Of a stretch of 64,000 nucleotides of DNA, positions 34,006-44,007 are shown piece by piece; position 1 is the first letter of the stretch; each line of letters starts with the position of its first letter. Under the pieces are notes generated by a model. It ran no database searches. It saw only the letters and a list, made by a program, of their open reading frames with translations, and was not told the origin of the DNA. Source of the stretch: an uncultured Actinomycetes bacterium (GTDB lineage: Bacteria > Actinomycetota > UBA4738 > HRBIN12). Location: positions 283,487-347,486 of the forward strand of contig CAWGVY010000004.1 in assembly GCA_963826185.1 (NCBI GenBank), given 5' to 3'. Position numbers and translations under genes: made by a program.

Positions 34006-34881
34006 CTAGACCAGGACCAGCAGGGTCTGGTCGTCGAGCCAGTCCACGACCTCCCAGACGCCGGCATCCCGTCTCGTCCCGGTCGAGAGCTCATAGACGA
34101 CTGCCCTGCCCGCGGGGTAGCTCTGGAAGACGATCCGTTCCCCGTTGGGCGACCACTTTGCACCATACATCTCGCTTGGCGTTCGGATGATCGTCCGATC
34201 CGAGCCGTCGATATCGGCCAGTGTCACCTTCGCCATCGACCAGGTGTTGAACGCGAGCTGGCTCCCGTCTGGTGAGACGTCCGGAAGGCCCGCATCGTTG
34301 ACGATCGTCGTGGTGTCACCGGTCGCGATGTCGACGCTGCGTACGACGGGTGGGTCACCGACCTGGAACACGATCGTCTCGCCATCTGGCGACCACGATG
34401 GTGCCTCGCTCACGTCCTGCGGTTCCCGAGTGACCCTGTCCACCTCGCCGGACCCCAGCTCGACGACGTAGATCTGATACGTCACGTCCGGAGCGAGGCC
34501 GAGGAATGCAACCCTGGTGCCGTCAGGCGACCACGAGGGCGACGTCGCGGCCAGCGAACCTTCCGTGACCTGGCGTCGATCGGTGCCATCGGCGTTCATC
34601 ACGAAGATCTGCCGATGCCCCGCATCGTCCTTCCCAACGAACGCGATCCGGTCGCCATCCAGGGAGAGGGCGAACGCGTCTCCCCCCTCCGGACGTTCGA
34701 GGACCTGGCTCGACTCACCGGTGCCGATGTCCAGGGTGTAGAGGCCGCCCGCAGATCTGGATGCGGTTTGGGTCGTCGGCGGAGATGAGCTGGTCGCGTC
34801 GCTCGAGGTGCAGCCAACGACTCCGACCATCAACGCCACGAGCGTCCCCAGAGCCACATGATTCCGAAACGGAGGCATCAT
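34006..34881 (-). CDS. TolB-like beta-propeller lipoprotein
   Basis: Lipobox LMVGVVGC, repeated SPSWSPDG / DVSPDG PD40-type motifs. Confidence 0.55.
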   Translation of the reverse strand: MMPPFRNHVALGTLVALMVGVVGCTSSDATSSSPPTTQTASRSAGGLYTLDIGTGESSQVLERPEGGDAFALSLDGDRIAFVGKDDAGHRQIFVMNADGTDRRQVTEGSLAATSPSWSPDGTRVAFLGLAPDVTYQIYVVELGSGEVDRVTREPQDVSEAPSWSPDGETIVFQVGDPPVVRSVDIATGDTTTIVNDAGLPDVSPDGSQLAFNTWSMAKVTLADIDGSDRTIIRTPSEMYGAKWSPNGERIVFQSYPAGRAVVYELSTGTRRDAGVWEVVDWLDDQTLLVLV

Positions 34882-34968
34882 CCATGCATGAACCCTCGAG
34901 CGGCGCCATCTGCTTATGGCGCCGTGAAGGAGTAGGAGATGGGGACGGCGTGAACAGCGGAAAAGCTA

Positions 34969-36381
34969 CTAGCCGACCGAGCCCTCCATCTGGAGCTCGA
35001 TCAAGCGGTTGAGTTCGACCGCGTACTCCATGGGCAGTTCGCGCGTGATCGGCTCGATGAAGCCGTTCACGATCATAGCGGTGGCCTCGACCTCCGAGAG
35101 CCCGCGGCTCATAAGGTAGAAGAGCTGATCCTCTCCGACCTTCGACACCGTGGCCTCGTGACCCAATGACGCGGTCTCGTCTTCAACCTCGATGTAGGGG
35201 TAGGTGTCGGAACGGCTGTCGTCGTCCAGGATCAGCGCGTCGCAGCGCACGTTCGACTTGGCATGGTGCGCGTCGGGTTCCACGCGTACCAGGCCGCGGT
35301 AACCGGTTCGTCCCCCGTCCTTCGACACGGACTTGGAGGTGATCACCGAGGTCGTGTGGGGAGCGGCGTGGATCGCCTTGCCACCGGCATCGGTGTGCAT
35401 CCCCTTTCCGGCGAACGCCACGGACAGCACCTCACCGCGCGCACCCTCGCCCAGCAGGTAGATCGATGGGTACTTCATGGTGACCTTGGAGCCGATGTTG
35501 CCATCGACCCACTCCATCACGGCGTCCTCGTACGCGGCCGCGCGCTTGGTCACCAGGTTGTAGACGTTCGTGGACCAGTTCTGGATGGTCGTGTAGCGCA
35601 CGCGGGCGCCCTTCTTCACGACGATCTCCACCACGGCCGAATGCAGCGAGTCCGAGCTGTAGATGGGCGCCGAGCAGCCTTCGACGTAGTGCACGTAGCT
35701 GCCCTCGTCAGCGATGATCAACGTTCGCTCGAACTGACCCATGTTCTCCTGGTTGATCCGGAAGTAGGCCTGCAGCGGGATGTCAACCTCCACGCCGGGC
35801 GGCACGTAGATGAACGATCCGCCTGACCACACGGCGGTGTTCAGCGCCGCGAACTTGTTGTCGTTGGGCGGGATGATCGTGCCGAAGTACTCGCGCACCA
35901 GGTCCGGGTAGTCGCGCAGCGCCGAGTCCATATCGGTGAAGAGGACACCGATGTCGTCCAGTTCCTTCTTGATCTTGTGATAGACGACCTCGGATTCGTA
36001 CTGCGCGCTGACGCCGCCCAGGTACTTCTTCTCCGCTTCGGGGATCCCCAGCTTGTCCCAGGTCCCCCTGATGTCCTCGGGGAGATCGTCCCACTCCTTG
36101 GCCTGCTTCTCCGTGGAACGGATGAAGTAGTAGATGTTCTGGAAGTCGATATCGGACAGGTCCGCCCCCCACCACGGCATCGGCCGCATGTCGAAATAAT
36201 GCAGGCTCTTCAGGCGGATCTTCCGCATCCAGGCAGGCTCGTTCTTAAGGGCGGAGATCTCCTCCACGACACGCTCGTTCAGGCCGCGCTTCGGCTCGAA
36301 GACCGAGTGATCGGGATCCTTCCAGTCGAAGCGATATCCCTTGCTGAGCTCCCGGAGGTGCTCTTCCTGGCTGACGGCCAC
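34969..36381 (-). CDS. sufB: Fe-S cluster assembly protein SufB
   Basis: Highly conserved SufB sequence (470 aa); GTG 36381 with AAGGGAGAG RBS. Confidence 0.9.
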   Translation of the reverse strand: MAVSQEEHLRELSKGYRFDWKDPDHSVFEPKRGLNERVVEEISALKNEPAWMRKIRLKSLHYFDMRPMPWWGADLSDIDFQNIYYFIRSTEKQAKEWDDLPEDIRGTWDKLGIPEAEKKYLGGVSAQYESEVVYHKIKKELDDIGVLFTDMDSALRDYPDLVREYFGTIIPPNDNKFAALNTAVWSGGSFIYVPPGVEVDIPLQAYFRINQENMGQFERTLIIADEGSYVHYVEGCSAPIYSSDSLHSAVVEIVVKKGARVRYTTIQNWSTNVYNLVTKRAAAYEDAVMEWVDGNIGSKVTMKYPSIYLLGEGARGEVLSVAFAGKGMHTDAGGKAIHAAPHTTSVITSKSVSKDGGRTGYRGLVRVEPDAHHAKSNVRCDALILDDDSRSDTYPYIEVEDETASLGHEATVSKVGEDQLFYLMSRGLSEVEATAMIVNGFIEPITRELPMEYAVELNRLIELQMEGSVG

Positions 36382-36517
36382 GCGTCTCTCCCTTGCCGGC
36401 GATCGAGAACGACAGAACCAGTGTAGTCAGGCGGTCGTCGAATCGCACCCCCTGGGTAGGAATTAGCCTCCCGGCGGCCCTGCCGACGCGCCGTGGCCGG
36501 GGGTAGGGTCCACCTTC

Positions 36518-37147
36518 ATGATCCCTCGGTCGGAGCGGTTCGCCCGGCGCTCGCTCGATGTGGTGGCGGGGCTCCTCGGCCTCGGACTGCTGGTCGTGTG
36601 CGGCCTCATCGCCCGGGATGGGACGGTGAGCGGGCCGGAACGTGACGTGTTCGTCGCGATCAACCACCTTCCGGACACCTTGTCGCCCCTGATGCAGGCG
36701 GCGCAGTTCATGGGCGTGCTGGCGATCGCGCCCCTGCTGGCGCTCGGAGCGCTGATCCTGCGACGGTGGCGCCTGGCACTGGCCATCGCGGTCGCCACCG
36801 TGGGGAAGCTCCTGGCGGAACGGGCCGTCTGGGAAGTCGTGCAACGCGACCGACCCGGCACCACCGAGCCAGACGCGATCGTGCGGGCAGGCACGCCGAC
36901 CACAGGCGTGTCGTTCGTCTCCGGCCACGTCGTCCTCACGACCGCCCTGGCGTGGGTCCTGACGCCGTACCTCCGCGGGCGATGGCGGGTGGTGCCGTGG
37001 GCCATGGTGGGTCTGGTCGGGCTCGCCCGGATCTACCTGGGCGCGCACAACCCCCTCGACGTCGTCGGCGGACTCGGCCTCGGGGTGGCCGTGGGCGCCG
37101 CGAGCAACCTGCTGGTGGGGACCCCCGATGCGGGGGATCGACCGTAG
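36518..37147 (+). CDS. PAP2-family phosphatase (membrane)
   Basis: PAP2 motifs RDRPGT, SFVSGH, RIYLGAHNPLDV in polytopic membrane protein. Confidence 0.65.
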   Translation: MIPRSERFARRSLDVVAGLLGLGLLVVCGLIARDGTVSGPERDVFVAINHLPDTLSPLMQAAQFMGVLAIAPLLALGALILRRWRLALAIAVATVGKLLAERAVWEVVQRDRPGTTEPDAIVRAGTPTTGVSFVSGHVVLTTALAWVLTPYLRGRWRVVPWAMVGLVGLARIYLGAHNPLDVVGGLGLGVAVGAASNLLVGTPDAGDRP

Positions 37148-37154
37148 CAGCCGG

Positions 37155-38000
37155 TTAGCCCAGCTCCACCGAAGCGCCCACCAGGGACCCGTACTCCGTC
37201 CACGAGCCGTCGTAGTTCTTGACGTTCTCGAAGCCAAGGAGCTCCTGGAGCGCGAACCACGTGTGCGACGACCGCTCGCCGATGCGGCAGTAGGCGATGA
37301 TCTCTTTGTCGGGCACGATCCCCTCGGCGGCGTAGAGCTCCGTGAGCTCATCGGCCGACTTGAAGGTGCCGTCGTCGTTCGCCGCTTTGGCCCAGGGGAT
37401 GTTCGCGGCTCCCGCGATGTGGCCGGGAACCTGCGATTGCTCCTGGGGGAGATGATCGGGGGCCAGCTTCTCCCCCCGGAACTCCTCCGGCGAGCGGACG
37501 TCTACGAGCCCGATGCCCGAGCCGACCTTCGCGATCACCTCATCGCGCAGGGCGCGGATCTGGGGCTGCTCAGCTCCCTTGATCGCATAGCCGGTGGCGT
37601 CGAACCTGGGCACGTTCGGCACCAGCTCGCGGCTCTCGAGCTCCCACTTCTTCCGGCCACCGTTCAGCAACTTCACATCGTCGAAACCGCGGAGCTTCAA
37701 CAGCCAGTAGGCGTAGGCGGCGAACCAGTTGTTGTTCCCCCCGTAGAGAACGACGGTGGTGCCGTCGCCGACCCCGGCGTCTGACAACAACCCCGAGAAT
37801 CCCGACTGGTCCAGGTAGTCGCGTCCGACCTTCGTGTGGAGGTCGGTGGTCCAGTTCCATGACACGGCGTTGCGGATATGACCCTTCTCATACGCTGCCG
37901 TGTCTTCATCGACCTCGACGATCCGCACGTTGGGGTCGTCCAGGTGTTCCTCCAGCCAATCCGTGTTCACGAGCACGTCCGGCTTCGCGTAGTCCGCCAT
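37155..38000 (-). CDS. sseA: thiosulfate/3-mercaptopyruvate sulfurtransferase (tandem rhodanese)
   Basis: Two rhodanese domains, active-site CRIGERSS; ATG 38000 with GAAGGAG RBS. Confidence 0.8.
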   Translation of the reverse strand: MADYAKPDVLVNTDWLEEHLDDPNVRIVEVDEDTAAYEKGHIRNAVSWNWTTDLHTKVGRDYLDQSGFSGLLSDAGVGDGTTVVLYGGNNNWFAAYAYWLLKLRGFDDVKLLNGGRKKWELESRELVPNVPRFDATGYAIKGAEQPQIRALRDEVIAKVGSGIGLVDVRSPEEFRGEKLAPDHLPQEQSQVPGHIAGAANIPWAKAANDDGTFKSADELTELYAAEGIVPDKEIIAYCRIGERSSHTWFALQELLGFENVKNYDGSWTEYGSLVGASVELG

Positions 38001-38291
38001 GCGTTGGGACTCCTTCCCTGTCGTATCGGCCTCGGGGAGGCCCGGAAACGAAGAACGGCCGCCGATGCGGCCGCTCGGTGACGATGGGTCCGGGATCGAA
38101 GAAGGTCTAGGGCCGCAGGTGCGAGGGCGCTCCCGGGAACGCTCGAGCATTCGTACAGCACAGGCGAGAGGGGATCATGGCCCCGACCACCCCGATGCAC
38201 CTGGTACGGATCAACCTGCGGCTCCCTCTCCCACTGCTGTGCCGATAGGTACCGCAGCCAGCCGACAGCGTCAAGGCGCCGGCGGGCGACA

Positions 38292-38666
38292 TCAGAAGAT
38301 CCCCAGCGCCGCTTTCGCTTCGTCCGACATCATCTCAGGGGTCCACGCCGGACGGAGCACCATCTCAGGTCGCACCTCTCCGACGCCTGGGACCGCGCCG
38401 AGGAACGATCGCATCTGATCCTCGATCAGCGGACCGATCGGGCAGCCCATCGTGGTAAGGGAGTACTCGATGTCCACGTCTCCGTCGCCGTCAACCTTGA
38501 CGTCGTACACGAGCCCCAGATCCACGATGTTGATGCCCAGCTCTGGATCGAACACGTTCTTCAGCGCGTCGTACACCTGGTCCGACGTGGGCGAACCCCC
38601 CTCGTCCACCGTCGCCGGACGATCCTCGGTAGCCTGGATGGGGTCGGTCGCGATTTCTTCGTTCAT
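38292..38666 (-). CDS. sufT: DUF59/SufT-like Fe-S assembly protein (MIP18 family)
   Basis: DPELGINIVDLGLVYDV ... TTMGCPIGPLIEDQ typical DUF59 motif. Confidence 0.65.
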   Translation of the reverse strand: MNEEIATDPIQATEDRPATVDEGGSPTSDQVYDALKNVFDPELGINIVDLGLVYDVKVDGDGDVDIEYSLTTMGCPIGPLIEDQMRSFLGAVPGVGEVRPEMVLRPAWTPEMMSDEAKAALGIF

Positions 38667-38738
38667 ATGAGATTCCCGCCTTGAGTCGTCCTATCCTTAC
38701 AGCGTACTTCGTACTTCCCCTAGTTGAAGGAGCCATCG

Positions 38739-39386
38739 TTGCCCACGGATCCCATCCGCGCTCTGATCGTGGACGATCACCCCGTGACCCGGGAGGGACT
38801 GCGCACCGCCCTGGAGCTTTCCGATGACATCGTGGTCGTGGTGGGCGAGGCCTCCAGCGGCGAGGAGGCTGTGGAGCGGGCTCGCGAGCTCGAGCCCGAC
38901 GTGGTCTTCATGGATGTCAGGATGCCGGGGATGGACGGCATCGAGGCCACGCGTCGGATCCGTCAAGCCGCACCCACCACGAAGGTGATCCTGATCACGA
39001 TCGACGAGTCGCGCGGTGCTATCTCCGAGGCGATCCAGGCCGGCGTCTCGGGCTACCTCTTGAAGGACGCGTCGCCGGATTCGCTGGTGGACGCGGCCCG
39101 CAACGCGATCGAGGGCAACGCGGTGATCCACCCGCAGCTCACGAAGACGTTCATCGAAGAGGTCCGCCTGGGTGACGATGCGCCGCGCGCCACTCCTCTG
39201 TCCAAACGTGAGCGCGAGATCCTCCAGAAGGTGGCGGACGGGGCCACCACGCGCCAGGTGGCGAGCGAGCTCGGCATCTCCCCCCACACCGTGAAGACCC
39301 ACCTGGAGCGGATCTTCGAGAAACTCAGCGCGAACGATCGGGCCCAGGCGGTGGCCATCGCGATCCGCACCGGGATCGTGCACTGA
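38739..39386 (+). CDS. two-component response regulator, NarL/LuxR family
   Basis: REC domain with DD...D ([10 protein letters not shown])...T...K, C-terminal LuxR HTH ([35 protein letters not shown]); TTG 38739 with GAAGGAG 6 nt upstream (track start 38724). Confidence 0.85.
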   Translation: MPTDPIRALIVDDHPVTREGLRTALELSDDIVVVVGEASSGEEAVERARELEPDVVFMDVRMPGMDGIEATRRIRQAAPTTKVILITIDESRGAISEAIQAGVSGYLLKDASPDSLVDAARNAIEGNAVIHPQLTKTFIEEVRLGDDAPRATPLSKREREILQKVADGATTRQVASELGISPHTVKTHLERIFEKLSANDRAQAVAIAIRTGIVH

Positions 39387-39432
39387 GGCTCCCGGCTCAA
39401 CCCCGCCCACGGCGGGCCGATATCGCAAGCAC

Positions 39433-40626
39433 ATGCTGACGAACGTTCTGCTGTGTGACACGGGCGAAGAGGTCGTCCGTCTGCAGCTCGAGTTGTTGCG
39501 CGCCGGCGGCGATCTGGCCGTCGACGTGGCCACGGATGCCTTCAAGGCGGTCGAGACCGTCGCGCGCTCGCGGCCCGACGTCGTGGTCTGCGAGCTGGGC
39601 CTGGAGGGTCTGGGCGGATCTGAGCTGGTGAAACGGTTCCGCGCCTCTTCCCCCACCACCCGGGTCGTTGTGTGCACCCACTCCCCCGAGCCCGTCCGGA
39701 TCGCCGAGGCCCTGGGGGCCGGCGCATCCGGGTACGTCCTGAAGGAGGACGGGCCCGCCGAGGTCGTGAACGCGATCAAGACGGCCGCCGCCGGCGGTGT
39801 GGCGTTGTCCTCGACCGCGGCCGGGTCCCTGAGCGCCGAGCTGATCCGCGCCACGATGCACGCCCGCGCGGCGGAGGACGAACTGCAGGATGTGCGCGAC
39901 TCCGTCCAACAGGGGACCTCGGCGAAGGCCGACTTCCTCGCGAACATCTCGCACGAGCTCCGTACACCCGTGACGGTGGCGAAGGGCATCGCCTACGTGC
40001 TGCGCAACCCTTCTGTCCCCGACGCCGAGCGCATCGAGTTCCTCGAGCAACTCCAGACGTCCCTGGACAACCTGATGGGGATCGTCGACGAGATCATCAC
40101 CGTCGCCGAACTGGAGCGCGGGACGTTCGAGCTGAACCTGGAGGACGTGGACCTGGCCCCGCTGGTTCGCCACGCGGTCGACGACGTGAGCCGCCGCTAC
40201 CAGGTCACGATCGATGCCCACATCCCCGACCAACTCCCTGCCTTGGCGGACGGCGCTCGGATCGGCTCGGTCGTGCGCGAGCTGCTGGACAACGCCTGCC
40301 GGTACTCACCCGCGGATCGACCCGTCGAGGTCCGGGCCAGACGCCTGGACGAGGGCGTGGTCGTCACGGTGACCGACCACGGAGAGGGACTCGACCGGGC
40401 GGTCGCCACCCAGTCGTTCGAGGAGCCGTTCACGACGGGCGAAGCCACGCTGCGCAAGGAGAAGGCCGGGGTGGGCGTGGGGTTGCACCTGGCCCGTCAA
40501 CTGGTGCTCGAGCACGGAGGGATCCTCTGGGCCGACCCCCTGCCGGGGGGCGGCACGCGGGCCTCCTTCTGCATCCCCGCCCATGCGGGCGAGCGCCTCG
40601 TGGCTCCCCCCGCCGGGGCTGCCTGA
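39433..40626 (+). CDS. cytoplasmic hybrid histidine kinase with N-terminal pseudo-receiver domain
   Basis: REC-like fold with Glu at the phospho-acceptor position (DVVVCELGLEG), then HisKA H-box FLANISHELRTP and HATPase_c (G-boxes); no TM segments. Confidence 0.75.
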   Translation: MLTNVLLCDTGEEVVRLQLELLRAGGDLAVDVATDAFKAVETVARSRPDVVVCELGLEGLGGSELVKRFRASSPTTRVVVCTHSPEPVRIAEALGAGASGYVLKEDGPAEVVNAIKTAAAGGVALSSTAAGSLSAELIRATMHARAAEDELQDVRDSVQQGTSAKADFLANISHELRTPVTVAKGIAYVLRNPSVPDAERIEFLEQLQTSLDNLMGIVDEIITVAELERGTFELNLEDVDLAPLVRHAVDDVSRRYQVTIDAHIPDQLPALADGARIGSVVRELLDNACRYSPADRPVEVRARRLDEGVVVTVTDHGEGLDRAVATQSFEEPFTTGEATLRKEKAGVGVGLHLARQLVLEHGGILWADPLPGGGTRASFCIPAHAGERLVAPPAGAA

Positions 40627-40686
40627 GGTTGCCCTTCAGCGCCTGACCTGGGCGCTGGCACACCTGACCGGCCGCGGCTATCCTCC

Positions 40687-41415
40687 GTGCGGGAGATCCG
40701 GCGCGTGCGAAGAGCCATCCTAGGGATCGTCGTCGCCCTCATGGGCGCGGGGTGCAGCGGAGCACCGAGCCCTTCCGACGCCCCGGCGGGGGCGAACATC
40801 CTGGTACAGCCCTCGTCCTCTCCCTTCTCCCAGATCACCGCGGGACCCGTGCACGCTCTGGTTCCCGAGGGCTGGGAGGCTGAGCCCGCCGGCACCGAAG
40901 AGGACGCCCGAGCGGGGTTCGTGGCCTCGCCCAGGCCTGACGCGTGGCGCCGGATGGACGGCTCGGCGGCGGGGATGGCCGTGACCTGGGTGGACGCCAC
41001 GCGCGTAGGTGTACCCTCCGACTTCTACTACCTCGCCGCCACCGGGCCGCTCCTGACACAGCTCACCCATTCCCACGGCTGTACACCTGAATCCCATCGG
41101 GTGTTCCTGGACCACCGCCCCGACTTCATCGCCGGCACCACGGATTCGGCCGGCGACTACATGGCTCAGGGCAGCGGTACCTGCGACGTCCGGGGGCGGC
41201 CCACGCGGTGGGCGTACTTCGTGGCGGCCCCCGGATTCGGCCCCGTGCGCCGGATGGGCATCCCCACGTCCGGCCTGTACGTCGTCGTGGCCGTCATGCC
41301 CGATTCAGGTCGGGCCGCTTCCACTATCCATCGGTTGATCGCGCGCACGAGTTTCGGGGGGGATAGCGTGCTGGACTTCCGGGCCGCGGCGAACAGCGTC
41401 CTGCGCTCCACCTGA
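40687..41415 (+). CDS. hypothetical lipoprotein
   Basis: GTG start, signal peptide with lipobox LMGAGC. Confidence 0.4.
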   Translation: MREIRRVRRAILGIVVALMGAGCSGAPSPSDAPAGANILVQPSSSPFSQITAGPVHALVPEGWEAEPAGTEEDARAGFVASPRPDAWRRMDGSAAGMAVTWVDATRVGVPSDFYYLAATGPLLTQLTHSHGCTPESHRVFLDHRPDFIAGTTDSAGDYMAQGSGTCDVRGRPTRWAYFVAAPGFGPVRRMGIPTSGLYVVVAVMPDSGRAASTIHRLIARTSFGGDSVLDFRAAANSVLRST

Positions 41416-41420
41416 GTCCC

Positions 41421-42545
41421 TCATCGCGGCGACCGATCGACGAACGGCGGGCGCACCACCTCGGCGGCGCCGCGGCGGCCACGGATGTCGACCTCCACCG
41501 TAGCGCCGAGTTCGACCACGTCCGCCGGCCAGAGGTACGCCAGACCGATGCCGGTGCCCAGAAGCGGGCTGAAGGTGCCGGACGTCACCTCTCCGATCAC
41601 CTGGTCGCCCACGAACACGGGGTAGTGCGCACGAGGGATGTGGCGGCGCTCCGCCATCCGGAGGCCCCGCAGGATCGAGGGCAAGGGCCCTGCATCCCTC
41701 TGTCGCACCAGCGCCGCCCGGCCTCGGAACTCCCCCTTGTCGAACGAGACGGCCCAGGACAACCCCGCCTCCAGGGCCGTCGATGCCTCGAAGAGGTCCT
41801 GCCCATAGAGCGGGTAGCCCATCTCCAGGCGGAGGACATCGCGGGCTGCCAGACCACAAGCCATCCCACCGAACGGTTCCGAGGCCGCCAACAGGTCCCG
41901 CCACAGTTCCACTGCGATGTCCTGATAGGTGAACAGCTCGAACCCGATCTCACCCGTGTAGCCCGAACGCGTGAGGATCACCGGCCGGCGCTTGTACTCG
42001 GTCTCGACGCACCGCATGAAGGTCAGGTCGGTGGCCTCAGGGAAGAGCTGCGCCGTCGAGTGGACGGAGTCCGGACCCTGGACCGCCAGGAAGCACCAGT
42101 CCTGGTGGTACACGAGGTGCAGCCGTCCTTCGGCCGGGGCCTCCTCCAACATCCTCAGCACCCGCTGGGCGTTGGCCGCGTTGGGGACGACGAAGTAACG
42201 GTCGGGGCCCATGCGGTACACGATCAGATCCTCGATCACCCCGCCGCCCTCGTTCAGGACGAGGCTGTAGAGGGCTTCGCCCACCGACGCCTTCGTGAGG
42301 TCGTTCGAGACGACGCCCTGCAGCATGCCCAACGCCCCGGGCCCGACAACCTCGACCTTCCCCAGATGCGTGAGGTCGAACAGCCCGACGCGCTCCCGCA
42401 CCGCTTGATGCTCCGCTAGCGCCCCCGTGTACTCGATCGGCATGTTCCAGCCCGCGAACGGCCCCATCTTCGCGCCAAGGGCCCGGTGCTCAGCCTCCAA
42501 GGGCGTGCGCTTGAGCTCCCTCAGATCGCCGTCACTCGCTTCCAT
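41421..42545 (-). CDS. gcvT: glycine cleavage system T protein (aminomethyltransferase)
   Basis: N-terminal LKRTPL..HRALGAKMGPFAGWNMPIEY and overall GcvT architecture. Confidence 0.85.
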   Translation of the reverse strand: MEASDGDLRELKRTPLEAEHRALGAKMGPFAGWNMPIEYTGALAEHQAVRERVGLFDLTHLGKVEVVGPGALGMLQGVVSNDLTKASVGEALYSLVLNEGGGVIEDLIVYRMGPDRYFVVPNAANAQRVLRMLEEAPAEGRLHLVYHQDWCFLAVQGPDSVHSTAQLFPEATDLTFMRCVETEYKRRPVILTRSGYTGEIGFELFTYQDIAVELWRDLLAASEPFGGMACGLAARDVLRLEMGYPLYGQDLFEASTALEAGLSWAVSFDKGEFRGRAALVRQRDAGPLPSILRGLRMAERRHIPRAHYPVFVGDQVIGEVTSGTFSPLLGTGIGLAYLWPADVVELGATVEVDIRGRRGAAEVVRPPFVDRSPR

Positions 42546-42614
42546 CGTGGGAGAGCGTACGTTGGCGCCGGTGCACCGTGGGTCGATGAAGGTGACGGTA
42601 GACTCGTGTGACTG

Positions 42615-43997
42615 ATGGGTGATGCCTACGACGTAGCCGTGATCGGCGCCGGCACGGGCGGCTATTCGGCCGCTCTTCGGTCGGCCCAGCTGGGCAAGCG
42701 CGTAGTGTTGATCGAACGCGACGAACGGATCGGCGGCACCTGCCTCCTCCGCGGATGCATCCCCACGAAGGCACTCCTACGCTCCGCCGAGGTGATGGAC
42801 ACCGTCAACGGAGCCTCGCAGTGGGGCATCAAGGCGGCCGGTGAACCGGACTGGTCCGCGGTGAAAGCCTTCGAGGACACCATCGTCGACAAGCTGGTCA
42901 GGGGCGTCACCGGACTGATCGAGCGGCGCGGGATCGATGTCGTGCACGGACAGGCGAAGCTGGTGGCCGGTCCCGGTGTCGAGGTCGACGGCCGGCGCAT
43001 CGACGCCGCCGACGTGATCATCGCCACGGGGTCGCAGCCCCGCATGCTGCCCGGTGTCGAGATCACCGAGCGCATCATCACCAGCGACCAAGCGCTCTGG
43101 TACGAGCGGATCCCGACCTCCGTCGTGGTGATCGGCGCCGGGGCCGTGGGGCTCGAGTTCGCATCCCTGTACCGCTCGTTCGGCGCGGAGGTCACCCTGC
43201 TGGAAGCCCTCCCCGGGCTGGCTCCGCTGGAAGACGAGGAGGTCTCGAAGGAGATCGGGCGGGCGTTCCGCAAGCGTGGGGTCGTGAGCGCGGTCGACGT
43301 ATCTGTTCGGTCGATCCGCGACACCGGCGAACAGGTCGAGGTCACGTACGAGGCTTCGGCTTCGGATACGACGGTCATCGCCGACGTGTGTCTGGTGGCG
43401 GTGGGACGAGGACCCGTCACGGCCTTCCTCGGACTGCAGGAAGCGGGGGTCAGCCTCCATGAGAAGGGCTTCGTGAACGTGGACGGACAGTTGCGGACCG
43501 ACGTCGACCACGTCTGGGCCGTGGGCGATGTCGCCGCCACTCCGCTGCAGCTGGCCCACGTCGCGTTCACGGAGGGGTACGCAGTCGCCGAGCGGATCGC
43601 CGGCATATCGGTCCTGGATATCGACTACGTCAACATCCCGCGGGTCACCTACTGCACGCCGGAGATCGCCAGCGTGGGACTGACGGAGGCGCAGGCACTC
43701 GAGCATGGACACCGCATCGTGACCGAGAAACTGGACTTCCGCGCGATCGGGAAGGCGAACATGATCGGTCAGGGCGGCTTCGTGAAGGTGGTGGCCGAGG
43801 CGGAGGGGGGACCTGTTCTCGGGGTCCACATGATCGGCCCCCACGTGACCGACCTGATCGCCGAGGCTCAGCTGATCACGAACTGGGAGGCCGTTCCCGA
43901 TGAGGTGGCGGCCTTGATCCACCCCCATCCGTCCCTATCCGAGGCGGTCGGCGAGGCGTTCCTGGCTCTCACCGGCAAGCCGCTCCATTCGGCGTGA
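42615..43997 (+). CDS. lpdA: dihydrolipoyl dehydrogenase (E3)
   Basis: FAD motif GAGTGGYSAA, redox-active GGTCLLRGCIPTK, NADH motif, interface domain. Confidence 0.9.
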   Translation: MGDAYDVAVIGAGTGGYSAALRSAQLGKRVVLIERDERIGGTCLLRGCIPTKALLRSAEVMDTVNGASQWGIKAAGEPDWSAVKAFEDTIVDKLVRGVTGLIERRGIDVVHGQAKLVAGPGVEVDGRRIDAADVIIATGSQPRMLPGVEITERIITSDQALWYERIPTSVVVIGAGAVGLEFASLYRSFGAEVTLLEALPGLAPLEDEEVSKEIGRAFRKRGVVSAVDVSVRSIRDTGEQVEVTYEASASDTTVIADVCLVAVGRGPVTAFLGLQEAGVSLHEKGFVNVDGQLRTDVDHVWAVGDVAATPLQLAHVAFTEGYAVAERIAGISVLDIDYVNIPRVTYCTPEIASVGLTEAQALEHGHRIVTEKLDFRAIGKANMIGQGGFVKVVAEAEGGPVLGVHMIGPHVTDLIAEAQLITNWEAVPDEVAALIHPHPSLSEAVGEAFLALTGKPLHSA

Positions 43998-44007
43998 GGA
44001 GCTGCCC

